Part shown: positions 10,152 through 19,108 of the stretch, one piece after another
Layout of the letters: each line of letters begins with the position of its first letter
How positions within the stretch are numbered: position 1 is the first letter of the stretch
NCBI GenBank assembly: GCA_050950825.1
Contig: JBMNIH010000011.1
Coordinates: forward strand, 64,001-128,000
Origin: Clostridia bacterium
GTDB lineage: Bacteria > Bacillota > Clostridia > JAAYHZ01
Direction: 5' to 3'
Length of the DNA: 64,000 nucleotides
Notes under the pieces: generated by a model
The model's database searches: none
The model's input: only the letters and a program-made list of their open reading frames with translations
Told to the model about the DNA's origin: nothing
Made by a program: the position numbers and the translations under genes

Positions 10152-10273
10152 CGTATTCCCTCCCTTTTGAAAAAATGAAAAGCGCTTGGATTTTTTATCG
10201 CTTTTCATTTTCTATTCTTTCATATTTAGACCGAAAAATCCCAAAAAGTGTTCCGGTAAGAGCAAGGAGGTGC

Positions 10274-12934
10274 TTACGATACGATTTTTAAGAATACCTC
10301 GGCAATTTCGGGATCGAATCGCGTTCCTCTGCCCTCCCGAATGACGCGAAGGGCTTTTTCTCGGCCTTCCGCGTTCCCTTTGTTTCGGTTGGCGATTCGG
10401 TCGTAGGTTTCCACTATGGATATGATTCGGGAGATCAGCGGTATGGCAAAGCCCTTAATTCCTTCGGGATAGCCTTTTCCGTCCCATCTTTCGTGGTGGT
10501 AATAGACGGCTTCCGCCAAATCCACCGTTTCGTCGAACAAATTGAGGATACGGTATCCCACAATGGAATGCCGCGTCATTTCCTCCGAATCCTCCGACTT
10601 TGCCTTCCAATCGGATAGGATGCTGCCGTCCATCGTGATCTTCCCGATATCATGAAGATACCCGGCTCGAGACAGCCTTCCGATTTCCGTATCCGACAAC
10701 TCCAGTGCTTCTCCCACTTTTTCGCAAAGCCGGCTTACGTTTTCGGAGTGTTCTTTTTCCTTCTTGCTTTTGGCATGGAGGGTTTCGATGATGGTATTGA
10801 TCATAACGGTGCCGGTCTCTTTCCGGTTCATGGATTTGTCCTTGTACATGGCGTTTTCCGCAGATGCGATGATTTCCTCGACGGACTGCTTTTCATCGGT
10901 TTTCGTTTCCACTCCCAAGGAGATGCTGCACTTTACGGCTTCAATACGGGCGGTTTTAAACCTTTCCCGAATTCTTCCCACCACCGTTTGGGCGTTTTCA
11001 TATCGGGTGTTAGGCAGCAAAATGATAAACTCGTCTCCGCCTACACGGGCGATAACGTCTCGTTTTCGGCAGGAGTGTATAAGGATTTCGGAGGACTTTC
11101 GAATCAAAGCGTCTCCCGCCGTGTGGCCGAAAATGTCGTTGGTCATTTTCAATCCGTTAATGTCGGCAAAAATCACCGACAACGGCAGATTGTCCTTATG
11201 GTCCAATGCCTTCAGGTGTTCTTGCAGGCTGTTGCGGTTGTACAATCCGGTCAGGGTATCGTGCTTGATCAAATATTCGATTTCCGCTTCTTTTTCTTTT
11301 CTTTGCGTAATATCGGAGAAGGTGATAACGGCCCCTACAACCTTCCCGTCCTTGATTTGAGGATGGGATCGGTATTCCACCTTCACCGGGGTACCGTCGG
11401 CTCGGATGAAGACCTCGTCGTCGGAGTAGGTGCCCGCTTTGTACTTCATGGAAGCCATGATCTTGCATTCCTCGATGGGGTAAGGGGTTCCGTCCGGTTT
11501 TTTGTAATGGATCAAAAGGTGCATATTCTTACCCAAAAGGTCTTCCTGGCTTCGGTATCCTAAAATTCGCAAACAGCTGACGTTGCAAAAGGTGCAGTTT
11601 CCTTCCAAGTCGTTTCCGTATATTCCTTCCTCCGTTGAGTCCAAGATCAGCTGCAGCCTTTCCTTGTTCTCCTTCATGGATTCGGCAATTTCGTTTAATT
11701 CTTTTGTTCTTACTTCCACCGTTGCTTCCAGGTTGTCAATGATGTTTTGCATGGTATCCGCCACCCGGTTAAAGCTTTGGGATATTCTGCCGATCTCGTC
11801 GTTCCGTATAATCGACACGCGTTTGGTCAAATCTCCCTTCGCAAAGGATTCGGAAACGTGGAGAAGGTGGCTGATGGATTTTAAGAACCGATCGGAAATC
11901 AAGGAGCTGACGACAATGGCCAGCAGCAGGGCAGCGGCGGCAAGAAGCAGCGTTATACGAACGTTTTTGGCCAAGGGACCCATCAAATGGGTTTCCGGAA
12001 TAGCCGTTAAGACCACCCATGTGGATTTTCCAATGGGCAATTCTTTCACGTTTACAAACAGATTTCCGCTGTCGATCAAATATTGAAAATTCGGTTTTCC
12101 CCCGGATATGTACTTTTCATAGACATTAACGACATCAAAATCGGTACCTTCGGACTTGGCGATGATCCCCATGGTATCCTTATCAAGCAAGACGGCATAT
12201 CCTTTGTATTCCATGGCGGATTCGTCAAGGAAGGTGTCGATGGAAGATAAAAGAACATGAACGCTCAAAACGCCTTCGAAGGATCCGTCTTCGCGGCGAA
12301 CGGGCTGAACGTAAGGCAGGCAAAGCTCCTTCATAAGGGAGTGTGTGTACACGGAGGCAAAAACGGGACCGTCGGCGTTTTTGCCGGTTATATACCATTC
12401 TTGTTTTCGGGGATCGTTGCGTTTAACTCGACGAGCAACCTCTTTTACCGTTAAATCCTCGTTGACGGAATAGTACCAGGCTTCGTCTTTTGTTTCCGCA
12501 TCGGCAATGATTACCTCCGTTCCTCCGCTTTCGCTTCTTCGAGCTCCGTAATAGTCGCCGTTTTCATTGCTGTAGACAAAGCTGTAGACTTCTTCGCTGT
12601 GGGCGTTTAAGGAACCGGCAAAGAAACGGTTCCTCTCCTGCGGAACGGAAAGATCAATAATATGATTCATGATGACATGCCGGTACATGTCGTTCATATG
12701 CTCCGGCGTATGTAGGAAAGAATGAACTTGGTTATATATATGTTCATTCATGTGTACCGCCATAAATTCCGTCATCTCTTGGACGGAACCGAACCAATTG
12801 GTAAAAATGATAATTCCAATCCCGCCAACAGCCACCAGTATGGAAGAGATGAACAGAATTAAAATCATGTTTCTTATGGATAAGTTTTTCTTAAGGTCTT
12901 TTGCTTCCATGCCATAAACCTTTCTATTCACCAA
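10274..12934 (-). CDS. Membrane Cache-HAMP-PAS-GGDEF-HD-GYP c-di-GMP enzyme
   Basis: Two TM segments, HAMP (NDEIGRISQSFN), PAS, RVGGDEF with RxxD, LHDIGK and HHERWDGKGYP. Real start may be ATG 12910. Confidence 0.9.
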   Translation of the reverse strand: MVNRKVYGMEAKDLKKNLSIRNMILILFISSILVAVGGIGIIIFTNWFGSVQEMTEFMAVHMNEHIYNQVHSFLHTPEHMNDMYRHVIMNHIIDLSVPQERNRFFAGSLNAHSEEVYSFVYSNENGDYYGARRSESGGTEVIIADAETKDEAWYYSVNEDLTVKEVARRVKRNDPRKQEWYITGKNADGPVFASVYTHSLMKELCLPYVQPVRREDGSFEGVLSVHVLLSSIDTFLDESAMEYKGYAVLLDKDTMGIIAKSEGTDFDVVNVYEKYISGGKPNFQYLIDSGNLFVNVKELPIGKSTWVVLTAIPETHLMGPLAKNVRITLLLAAAALLLAIVVSSLISDRFLKSISHLLHVSESFAKGDLTKRVSIIRNDEIGRISQSFNRVADTMQNIIDNLEATVEVRTKELNEIAESMKENKERLQLILDSTEEGIYGNDLEGNCTFCNVSCLRILGYRSQEDLLGKNMHLLIHYKKPDGTPYPIEECKIMASMKYKAGTYSDDEVFIRADGTPVKVEYRSHPQIKDGKVVGAVITFSDITQRKEKEAEIEYLIKHDTLTGLYNRNSLQEHLKALDHKDNLPLSVIFADINGLKMTNDIFGHTAGDALIRKSSEILIHSCRKRDVIARVGGDEFIILLPNTRYENAQTVVGRIRERFKTARIEAVKCSISLGVETKTDEKQSVEEIIASAENAMYKDKSMNRKETGTVMINTIIETLHAKSKKEKEHSENVSRLCEKVGEALELSDTEIGRLSRAGYLHDIGKITMDGSILSDWKAKSEDSEEMTRHSIVGYRILNLFDETVDLAEAVYYHHERWDGKGYPEGIKGFAIPLISRIISIVETYDRIANRNKGNAEGREKALRVIREGRGTRFDPEIAEVFLKIVS

Positions 12935-12935
12935 T

Positions 12936-15431
12936 TTAAACGCTGCATTCCGGCTGTTGTCTATGCCAATTTTTCATAAATTCGATTGCCTCTTGTTCGT
13001 ATAAAGGCTTGCTTATGAGGTAGCCTTGTATCATATCGCAGTGATTTTCATAAAGATATTGCTTTTGCTTTTCCACTTCCACGCCCTCCGCTACGACAAA
13101 GCAGTCCAGCTTGTGGGTCATGGATACAATATCTCCCGTAATGACTTTTTTCGGGTCCAGGTAGGAGATCTTATGTATGATGGACTTATCGATCTTTAAG
13201 CAGTCCACCTGCAATTCTCGGACTCGAATTAAGGAAGAGTATCCGGTGCCGAAATCGTCTACGGCCACCTTCATTCCCAAACTCTTCAGAGCTTTGATTT
13301 TTTTGTTGATTTCTCGGTAATTGTCCATATAGGTGGATTCGGTAATTTCGATCATGAGACGTGAAGGAGGAATGCTCGTTTGCTCCAGAAGCTCTATCAA
13401 GCTCGGGATGAATTCGTCTCTCAAAAGCTGAATGGCCGAAACGTTTACGGTTATTCCCGTCAAATCTCCTCCCGCTTCGTTGATTTTATTCAGAAAATGA
13501 AACGCCTTTGTGAAGATCAACTTCCCGATAGGCACGATCAATTTGGTTTCCTCCGCTACGGGGATGAACTCGTTAGGCGATACGGTGCCTAACTCGGGAC
13601 AAAAGATTCGCATCAACGCTTCAAAGAAAGCGATGCGTCCCGTTTTCACATCGATGATAGGCTGGTACACCAGAAAGAATCTTTCTTCGTCTCCTTGTGC
13701 AATGACATCCAAAACGTCCTTTATGGCCTCACGGCGTATCAAGGTCATTTCCATGTCTTCATCGAAGAATGCGTAGGAATAGCCTTGGTTGGAGCGATTT
13801 AGCGCTTCTTCCGAGGCAAACAGCACATTCTTTAACGCCGAATCATTATCTTGGTAAGGATCGACGATTTCCAAAATCCCCACCCCGATGTCCACACCTT
13901 CAATGAGCAATATGGGGCTTAAGGTTTTGAAAATGCGATCGCATAAATTCATCAAATCCTGCTTGCCTCTGTAGTCCTTCACGTAAAACAAAAACCGGCT
14001 GGAATGGGTTGAAAAAAGCATGCATTCTTCCGAACAAAGGGACGATAGCGCCTTTGCCACCTTCTGGGTAAGCTCCGTGCTGTAATTGTATCCGTAGGTA
14101 ATGGTAAGAAGATGGATTTTGCTTAAATTGATTTTGACCAAAGCTCTTTTGCCGGACCGCCCTTTGTCCGCCGTCAGCAATTCCTCCAAACGGTTTCGAT
14201 TGTACAAGCCGGTTACGTTATCGTGCTCGATGAGGTATTGGACCCGAAGCTCTTGTTCCTTTCGGTCGGAAATGTCAACCACAATTCCTTCTAAGGCTTC
14301 CACTTTGCCGTCCTGTCCGAAAATGCCTTGGCCCATTTCCCAGACCCATTTACGTTCTCCGTTTTTTGTAATGATTTCGTACTCCTGCTTAAAAGGGGTT
14401 TTGTTTTTGATCGCCTTGAGCCATTCGTTCCAGATTCTAACCCGGTATTCCGGGACGATCAGGTCGCTGAAGGACAGGTCCTTATTATTAATTAAATTTT
14501 CGCTTTTGTACCCGGTCACGTCATAGACTCCTTCGGAAACAAAGGTCATTGTGTATTCCGGGACGAACAAGCAGCGGTACGCCATCCCCGGCAGGTTCTT
14601 TAACAAAACGGATTTGCTGCGTTCGCTTTCGTAAAGCTCCGCCTCAAAGGCTTTTTGTTTCGTTATGTCTTGGACAATGCATATGTGGCTGTAGTCGGAA
14701 TGGTTATTTAGGTCCAAGCGAGCCGTCACCAGTTGAACCCACACAATGGATCCGTCCGGCTTGATATATCGTTTTTCCATGGTATAGCTGTCAACGAGAC
14801 CGGATTGCAATTGCTCCAGATGCAGGCCCTCCTGTACCACATCCTCCGGGTGGGTAATGCTTGTGATGGTGTTTTTTAAAAGCTCCCCCCTCGATCTTCC
14901 GGTAATTTTCTCGTAAACCGGATTCACCATGCTTAAGTAATAGCGATCCACGGTAATGGGAACATCGCTTTTCACGATGGCAATGCCTACGGGAGCCTGG
15001 TTTAAAATGGCTTCCAACGTCATATCGTGGGTCTTCATTAAATGGTCAAAATTACGCTGAATTTCCTGCAGCTGAAGAAGCATTCTCACTCTTAGCTTTA
15101 AGTTTTCCAAGCAATAGGGTCGGATGACGTATTCTACCGATTTTTTAAGACAGGGATCCTCTTCCTTGTAGTCTTCGTCAACAATGATAATGAATCGTAA
15201 GTGTTTATACTCTTCCATGTGCCTTACGGTGTATATAAACTGTCGTTCTTCTTCGGCAGGCACGGTAGGATGAAGGATCAAAAGATCGATATCGTGTCTT
15301 TCTTGTATTTTATTGAGTGCTTCCCGAGTGTTATGCGCTGTCAGAATAACGTAGTCACTTAACGCATATTGGATAGTCAAACGGTCCGCTGTCGTATTTC
15401 CCACCAATAGGATTGTATCCGGCATATGCAC
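12936..15431 (-). CDS. REC-like/PAS/PAS/degenerate GGDEF/EAL phosphodiesterase
   Basis: YQPI...FEALMR, IEITES, DDFGTGYSS, KIDKS, VAEGVE. The GGDEF position reads HSSRF. Confidence 0.9.
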   Translation of the reverse strand: MHMPDTILLVGNTTADRLTIQYALSDYVILTAHNTREALNKIQERHDIDLLILHPTVPAEEERQFIYTVRHMEEYKHLRFIIIVDEDYKEEDPCLKKSVEYVIRPYCLENLKLRVRMLLQLQEIQRNFDHLMKTHDMTLEAILNQAPVGIAIVKSDVPITVDRYYLSMVNPVYEKITGRSRGELLKNTITSITHPEDVVQEGLHLEQLQSGLVDSYTMEKRYIKPDGSIVWVQLVTARLDLNNHSDYSHICIVQDITKQKAFEAELYESERSKSVLLKNLPGMAYRCLFVPEYTMTFVSEGVYDVTGYKSENLINNKDLSFSDLIVPEYRVRIWNEWLKAIKNKTPFKQEYEIITKNGERKWVWEMGQGIFGQDGKVEALEGIVVDISDRKEQELRVQYLIEHDNVTGLYNRNRLEELLTADKGRSGKRALVKINLSKIHLLTITYGYNYSTELTQKVAKALSSLCSEECMLFSTHSSRFLFYVKDYRGKQDLMNLCDRIFKTLSPILLIEGVDIGVGILEIVDPYQDNDSALKNVLFASEEALNRSNQGYSYAFFDEDMEMTLIRREAIKDVLDVIAQGDEERFFLVYQPIIDVKTGRIAFFEALMRIFCPELGTVSPNEFIPVAEETKLIVPIGKLIFTKAFHFLNKINEAGGDLTGITVNVSAIQLLRDEFIPSLIELLEQTSIPPSRLMIEITESTYMDNYREINKKIKALKSLGMKVAVDDFGTGYSSLIRVRELQVDCLKIDKSIIHKISYLDPKKVITGDIVSMTHKLDCFVVAEGVEVEKQKQYLYENHCDMIQGYLISKPLYEQEAIEFMKNWHRQQPECSV

Positions 15432-15622
15432 GTCTCCTGTTGCGAATCGAAGTTATGTAGCTTCCAAATAAACATTAACTTAATTTTACACGAACCGCAA
15501 TTGCTAGTAAATACCTAAAGCAAATTCTAACAATTATATTTACTTATTCCAATGTTTATCAAAATTTTTCAACTTTTTTCCCGATTCATCATCTTCCCTC
15601 TATTATATTATATTACCAACCC

Positions 15623-16234
15623 TCATATCCGGTTCCGGTCAAAATCCGTTCTCCTTTTCATCCCTCCTTTGCTTTTAAGCCTACAAATCAGCTGCGTCAT
15701 GGTTCCCATGGGGCAGTAGACGCACCAGCTGCGCGGTTTGAAAAAAATCATGGTGATAAGGCCTAAAACGGTAGATGTCAGCATGATGCTATAAAAACCG
15801 AATGCAAATTGGACGGCCCAATCGGGAAAAATCGACCCGCGATATGCCCAATGCCAAGGAACCTTAAATGTCCATAAAACGGTTACGACTTCTTTTAGGG
15901 AACGAGCATCCGAAAAAACAAGCCAAGTGTTCCACAGCATCAAGAAAAACATGGTCAAAAAAAAGATCAAAAACCCGTAGCGAAACCAAGGCTTTCTTAC
16001 GAATGGCGGAATGTCCTTTTTACGGGATAACCCCAATTTCCCGCCTATAAGGGAAAAAAGCCTGCCTCTTCCGCAGTAGCGATTGCAGTAGAGCTTCGTA
16101 CCGGTTACGATTGATAGGAAGAGGGGTATAAAGAAGCATAAAAGGCCGATCCAAGCAAACAAAATATTGAAAAAGCCGAGAATCAAATAGACAAGAGAAA
16201 AGATCCAAAGATAATCGTACCGGTGCTTTTTCAT
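15623..16234 (-). CDS. Membrane 4Fe-4S binding protein (Fer4_5 type)
   Basis: YCNRYCGRG and RSWCVYCPMG motifs, several TM helices; ATGA overlap with the upstream ferredoxin stop. Confidence 0.8.
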   Translation of the reverse strand: MKKHRYDYLWIFSLVYLILGFFNILFAWIGLLCFFIPLFLSIVTGTKLYCNRYCGRGRLFSLIGGKLGLSRKKDIPPFVRKPWFRYGFLIFFLTMFFLMLWNTWLVFSDARSLKEVVTVLWTFKVPWHWAYRGSIFPDWAVQFAFGFYSIMLTSTVLGLITMIFFKPRSWCVYCPMGTMTQLICRLKSKGGMKRRTDFDRNRI

Positions 16235-16443
16235 GCCGTCACCTCCGAGAGGGTAATGACGGATGCCGGGCATTCCTTTACACATTTCCCGCAGCCCATG
16301 CAAAAAGATTCGTCAACGGCGGCATAAAGGCCTTTGTATACGGTAATCGCATCATGAGGACAAACAAGGACACAGCAGCCGCATGCGGCGCATTCTTCCT
16401 TGTATACCTTCGCTTGCCGTTTTCGTTTTTTCACTTGCTTCAT
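16231..16443 (-). CDS. 2x[4Fe-4S] ferredoxin
   Basis: CAACGCCVLVCP and CMGCGKCVKECP. Confidence 0.9.
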   Translation of the reverse strand: MKQVKKRKRQAKVYKEECAACGCCVLVCPHDAITVYKGLYAAVDESFCMGCGKCVKECPASVITLSEVTA

Positions 16444-16515
16444 TATTCGACTCCTTTTTCGTAATGTTTTTCAAAGCAAGTGTAACGAAAAGGCGTCGTT
16501 TTTACCGTGACTTTG

Positions 16516-19008
16516 TTACAAAATCAAAAGAAATCCTGTTTCTTCGAAGAAATCCTTTTGTACGGCCATTTTAACCTCTTCCGGAGCCGACACGTTTTTT
16601 ACCTTCACTCCGCCTTCGCTTTTGTGGAAAGAGATTTTTCCGTAGTCCTTTACGCCGTGATCTTCCAAAATCTTTCTTGCAAGCATCGTCAGCTCGAAAT
16701 CGTTGGTAGAAGGGTTTACCGACAAAGGCCATCCGATGGCACGGGACAATTCTTTCATCTCTTTTTCATAACGTTCGCCGATCTTCGGGGTAATGAAGGA
16801 CAGTTCGATGGTTTTTCCCTCTTTGCTTATCTTAACGCTTTTTTTGTAAGGCTTATGCTTTTTGTCCTGAAAAAACAGATCGATAGCCGTCATGGCTCTG
16901 TTTTGCTCCAGGGGTTCTTCGGCCTTTGCTCCGTTCAATACGTTTATGGGAACGGATAAGCCTTTTTCTTCCTCCAGCTTCAAAGGCAATCCGGTTAACT
17001 CGAAAAATCGGTTTTCGATTTCTTCTTTTTTCTCCGTTTTGCTTGTTTTCACGGCAAAGGTATCCGTTTCTTGGTAGTGGGATATCTTCCCCGGAGCCAA
17101 ACCGTACCGCTCCAAAAGCACGGTGATTAATTTTTTCGCCGCATTGGTGTTGCACTGTTCGTTAACTTCCACGGACCAGCCGGTTTTTTCTTCGAATTCC
17201 TTTATCAAATGCCCGTACCTTTCCTTGGCCATTTTAGGATAATCAAAGCTTAAAAGGGCGATTTTCTCTTCGTACCTTGCTCCTTTTTTCGACAGCCCCG
17301 CTTCCTTCGGGAAAAACTCATCGGCAAAGCGAAGCATTTCGTTGATTTCCATGATGCCGTCGTTAACGCTCTCCATAAGCTCGTCCTCCGTTGCCGGAAG
17401 GAAGATGTAGGTTCTTTTAAAGTCGTGTTTGAAATATCGGGTACCGTTCAAAAGCCGGTTCAGCTCTTCCGCTTGTTCTTCCTTCGGGTCTTCCCCGTAC
17501 CAAAGGTAATGAATTTCTTCCACGGTGAATCCTTTATATGGATTCGGAAGAGAAAGAATGTATTCTCGCAATATCGGTATGTTTTCTTCCGTTAAGGGAT
17601 CCGGTCTTCCCATGGAGGCCGGTTTTTCTTTTTGTATTTGCTTTCGGGGATTCCGAATATTCATATCGAATACTTCCCCGTTGGAAGGAACGATGATTTG
17701 GGCATAGATATTCTTGGCTACGTCGCCTGCCAATTCCCGGATCACGCTTGCTTCTCCGTGGTTAAAGAAAATTCTTCTCGGCGCCAATCTTTCTACCAAG
17801 GCGGTGATTTGGGACTTGTCGGCATGGGCGGACAACCCGTATTTCCCTACGCCGCATTTGACCTCGTAATGGACGCCGTCGATGGTAATGACCTTTTCTT
17901 CTTGGTCCTTGGCCTCCGCCAAAGCCAAAAGGCTTCTTCCGGGCGCTTCCTCGTCTTGGTATCCGGTAATGGCGATAAAATTGTTTTCCTTTGTGAACAA
18001 GGCCTTGGCGTAATCTTGGCTGGGTCCACCTGTTAACATCCCGGAGCTGGATACAATACAGCAAGGCTCGGAGGACTCCAAGATTTGCTTTCGCATTTCA
18101 TGGTCCGTAACCTTTCGAAAATTGTCGTCGGTAAAGATACGGCTTCCTCTTAATACTTTTTTAGCATGGATGCTTCGCAGGTAGTTGGGATTGTTTTCGT
18201 AAATGGTGCAGACATCCTTCACCATTCCGTCTATGTACACCGGGATTTCGGGAAGCTCGTTTTTATTCATGGCTCTTTTCAAGATAAGGATCACTTCTTG
18301 GGCTCTTCCTAAGGCAAAGGCGGGAATCAATATTTTGCCCTTATCTTCGATTGTTTTTCTTACGGTTTCCACAAGCCTCTTCTCTTCGTTTTGCCTGTTG
18401 GAATGAAGGCGATCCCCGTAAGTGGATTCGAAAACGGCAACATCCGGCCGAAGCTTCGGGATGGCGGCTCCCTCCACCGTCAATTGGGGCGTTACGGAAA
18501 AGTCCCCGCTGTAAAAGAAGGAGCCTTCCTTGGAGGTTATGTAAACGGATGCGGCTCCGAGAATATGACCGGCATTAAAAAACATCGCCTTGATATCGTC
18601 GGTTATCCGGATTTCATTGCCGGGATTATAGCAAAGGATTCGGTTCAGCATGCTTACCACGTGGCCTTCGGAAAAGACCGGTATTTCCGCTTCTTGCTTT
18701 TCCATGATCTTTAAGCTGTCGTAAAGCAAAACCCGTATCAAATCCTTTGTGGCAAAGGTACAGAAAATGGGTGCATCCGGATACTCGCGGCTTATAACGG
18801 GCAGCGCACCGATATGGTCCATATGGGCATGGCTTACAAAGATCCCGTTGATACCTCCGTTTTCTTGGATAATACGAAAATCCGGTAAATTGTCCTTTGC
18901 CTTGGTCATTCTCATACCGCAATCAAAAAGAAAATTTTTGCCGTCGATTTGAAAAAACAAACAGCTTGCGCCGACTTCTTCGGCTCCGCCGCAAAAAATG
19001 AGCTTCAT
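16516..19008 (-). CDS. MBL-fold beta-CASP nuclease (CPSF73/Ysh1-like) with long C-terminal extension
   Basis: GGAEEVGAS, SHAHMDH, AGHILG, YSGD, ESTYG, PAFALGRAQE, SGMLTGG, LSAHAD, HGE. Start ATG 19008 behind GGGAGG. Confidence 0.9.
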   Translation of the reverse strand: MKLIFCGGAEEVGASCLFFQIDGKNFLFDCGMRMTKAKDNLPDFRIIQENGGINGIFVSHAHMDHIGALPVISREYPDAPIFCTFATKDLIRVLLYDSLKIMEKQEAEIPVFSEGHVVSMLNRILCYNPGNEIRITDDIKAMFFNAGHILGAASVYITSKEGSFFYSGDFSVTPQLTVEGAAIPKLRPDVAVFESTYGDRLHSNRQNEEKRLVETVRKTIEDKGKILIPAFALGRAQEVILILKRAMNKNELPEIPVYIDGMVKDVCTIYENNPNYLRSIHAKKVLRGSRIFTDDNFRKVTDHEMRKQILESSEPCCIVSSSGMLTGGPSQDYAKALFTKENNFIAITGYQDEEAPGRSLLALAEAKDQEEKVITIDGVHYEVKCGVGKYGLSAHADKSQITALVERLAPRRIFFNHGEASVIRELAGDVAKNIYAQIIVPSNGEVFDMNIRNPRKQIQKEKPASMGRPDPLTEENIPILREYILSLPNPYKGFTVEEIHYLWYGEDPKEEQAEELNRLLNGTRYFKHDFKRTYIFLPATEDELMESVNDGIMEINEMLRFADEFFPKEAGLSKKGARYEEKIALLSFDYPKMAKERYGHLIKEFEEKTGWSVEVNEQCNTNAAKKLITVLLERYGLAPGKISHYQETDTFAVKTSKTEKKEEIENRFFELTGLPLKLEEEKGLSVPINVLNGAKAEEPLEQNRAMTAIDLFFQDKKHKPYKKSVKISKEGKTIELSFITPKIGERYEKEMKELSRAIGWPLSVNPSTNDFELTMLARKILEDHGVKDYGKISFHKSEGGVKVKNVSAPEEVKMAVQKDFFEETGFLLIL

Positions 19009-19108
19009 CCGTATCCTCCCGTTTCCGTTTTGTCTGTTAATAAAATCGTTTTTCGTTTTAATTAGTATATCATAAAAAAGGGATATCTCGCTGCAGGCAT
19101 ACAAAAAC

